DNA from: Macrostomum lignano
Taxonomy: Eukaryota
Assembly (NCBI GenBank): GCA_002269645.1
Contig: NIVC01002421.1
Location: 1-64,000, forward strand
Length of the DNA: 64,000 bases
Direction: 5' to 3'
The stretch's first letter is position 1. Each line of letters opens with the position of its first letter. Below are positions 62,481-64,000 of this stretch, piece by piece. The notes under the pieces were generated by a model. It saw only the letters and a program-made list of their open reading frames with translations, searched no databases and was not told where the DNA came from. The position numbers and the translations under genes are program-made.

Positions 62481-63104
62481 GGGCGATTTTGATGCGATTC
62501 CCAGGGCAATTGCTAGGACTATTTCACGGGAACGAAGGTCAACGTACGAGCGTAGCAGAAGTCAATTTCTAAACCGGGGTTTGAATCAATTAAAGGCCAG
62601 AGAAACACAGGATTCGAATAATAAATAAACGAACAACAGCTAAAAACGAACCGCAAAACAGACAAAATGCAACCTACAAAAATATCCTATTAAAAAAGTT
62701 CTTAGGCTACTCCAAACTGAGAAGCACTCAGCAGGCGCGCTTCTACGAGTAGTCACGAATTAAATTGGAAATTGAAACAAACAGTGACGCCAAAACCGCT
62801 GGGGCAGAGAGTGATAAACAATACGGTTTATTATAGCGCATCTGGAGCGGTGATCCGAGCCGAGTGGGGCTCAGAAATAAAAGCAAAGGCCTATTTAATG
62901 CACAAGATCTCGTTAGGGCACAGGGATGGGTTCAAACGAGGACAAGGGATCAGTAGGCTCACTTCAGGACATCAGTCAAGGACAGGAAAGACTGGGCTAC
63001 TCGATAACTCACGAGACGGAGTCACTCGAAGAAACTGAAGGCATAGTTTTTCAAGATCACGAGATGGGGTCAAATAAGGACACAGGAGAGGGAGATCAAT
63101 CCCG

Positions 63105-63310
63105 GACATGGGAGATGTAGGTCAATCCCGGACAAGGGAGATGGAGGTCAATCCCAGACAAGGGAGATGGAGGTCAATCCCGGACAAGGGAGATGGAGGT
63201 CAATCCCGGACAAGGGAGATGGAGGTCAATCCCGGACAAGGGAGATGGAGGTCAATCCCGGACACAGGATATGGAGGTCAATCCCGGACACAGGAGATGG
63301 TCAATGCCGG
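63105..63310. repeat. 26-bp repeat (GGGAGATGGAGGTCAATCCCGGACAA)
   Basis: Direct inspection. Confidence 0.85.
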
Positions 63311-63440
63311 ACACAGAAGATGGATGCTAACCAAGGGGACACAGGAGATTTGGGTCACTCGAGTCCACTCGGTGACCCGTGAAAAAGGCTGGGTTAATCG
63401 CTAGAAAGAAAGTGCATAAAATCCGGAATAGTTTTGGTGA

Positions 63441-64000
63441 TCACTCAGCCGAGTACTCGGCCGCAGCCTCCGAGTCCAGCAGGAAGAACAGCCTGCCTCT
63501 GGACGGCCGGACCAGCGAGGCTGGCGCCCGGGTGCTCGGCGGCAGCGGGCAGCCGTCACCGTCCGCGCTGTCCGCCTTGCCAAGCAGGCGGGCAACGGCG
63601 GCTGCTTTGCCCCGGCCGGTCAGCGCGAAGATAACGGCGCCGGACCGGTTGATGAGCGGCAGAGTGCAAGTGACTCGGGCTGGCGGCGGCTTCGGCGAGT
63701 CGAGCACCGCGGCAACGCCGGGCCGCTGCTCGCTGAGGGCGATGTGGTCGGGGAACAGGGAGCAGGTGTGGCCGTCGGGCCCGAGCCCCAGCAGCATGAG
63801 GTCCGGCCCGTCGTCCAGGATGCCAGCGGCCCGGAGCTGCTCCTCGTAGTCCTTGGCGGCCGCCTCGGGTGCCAGGCTGGCGTCGACAACGAGGACGCGG
63901 GCGGCGGAGGCGCCGGTGCCTGGCGCCAGCAGGGACTTGGCGAACTGGGCGTGCGTCCGCTCGGGATCGTCCAGGGGGACGAGCCGCTCGTCGCAGTAGA
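63441..64000 (-). CDS. PGLS: 6-phosphogluconolactonase, 3' portion (continues beyond the window)
   Basis: YCDERLVP, DLMLLGLGPDGHTCSLFP, SPKPPPARVT, TGRGKA, FLLDSEAA. Confidence 0.92.
   Translation of the reverse strand, partial: YCDERLVPLDDPERTHAQFAKSLLAPGTGASAARVLVVDASLAPEAAAKDYEEQLRAAGILDDGPDLMLLGLGPDGHTCSLFPDHIALSEQRPGVAAVLDSPKPPPARVTCTLPLINRSGAVIFALTGRGKAAAVARLLGKADSADGDGCPLPPSTRAPASLVRPSRGRLFFLLDSEAAAEYSAE

Noticed and set aside
56318-62572. Long Cys/His/Val-rich and RIAL-type ORFs in the track
   Set aside because: Translations of minisatellites open in many frames on both strands
62780-62840. Minus-strand AATAAA...TTTTGGCGTCAC resembling an LTR end plus PBS
   Set aside because: No second LTR, no CA terminus before TGG, and no gag-pol nearby

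Overview
Eukaryotic (metazoan) genomic DNA with spliced GT-AG genes, GC-rich exons and very dense minisatellites. The style resembles the free-living flatworm Macrostomum; this is an inference, not verified. There are two compartments. (1) 1-18,810 is a nest of two related families of unusually long LTR-like units, called X and Y here. One X copy (13377-16841, 3465 bp) has TGT...ACA ends and a 5-bp target-site duplication (CGACA) and sits inside another X copy. X and Y share one layout: small cargo genes, then a conserved ~120-130 nt stem-loop, enhancer-like DNA, an inverted GC-box pair, TATA, and a ~260-330 bp R/U5-like end. The cargo includes a four-copy novel ~105-aa protein family and a 79-aa coiled-coil/TM protein, both with clear synonymous-biased divergence, plus a decayed HNH-like ORF. 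Between the units lie two tandem double-RING genes, a decayed Gypsy RT/integrase, and a Maverick/adintovirus-like cassette (pPolB C-terminus, dUTPase, parvovirus-type PLA2). (2) 20-64 kb is host DNA: a tandem cluster of four KY/hillarin-like transglutaminase-fold genes (one partial), acetoacetyl-CoA synthetase, an ankyrin/death-domain-like gene, an SLC16/MCT transporter, 6-phosphogluconolactonase (runs off the window), a hAT MITE, a LINE 3' fragment and many satellites. All alignments were done by eye. Some frameshifts in homopolymer runs could be assembly errors.
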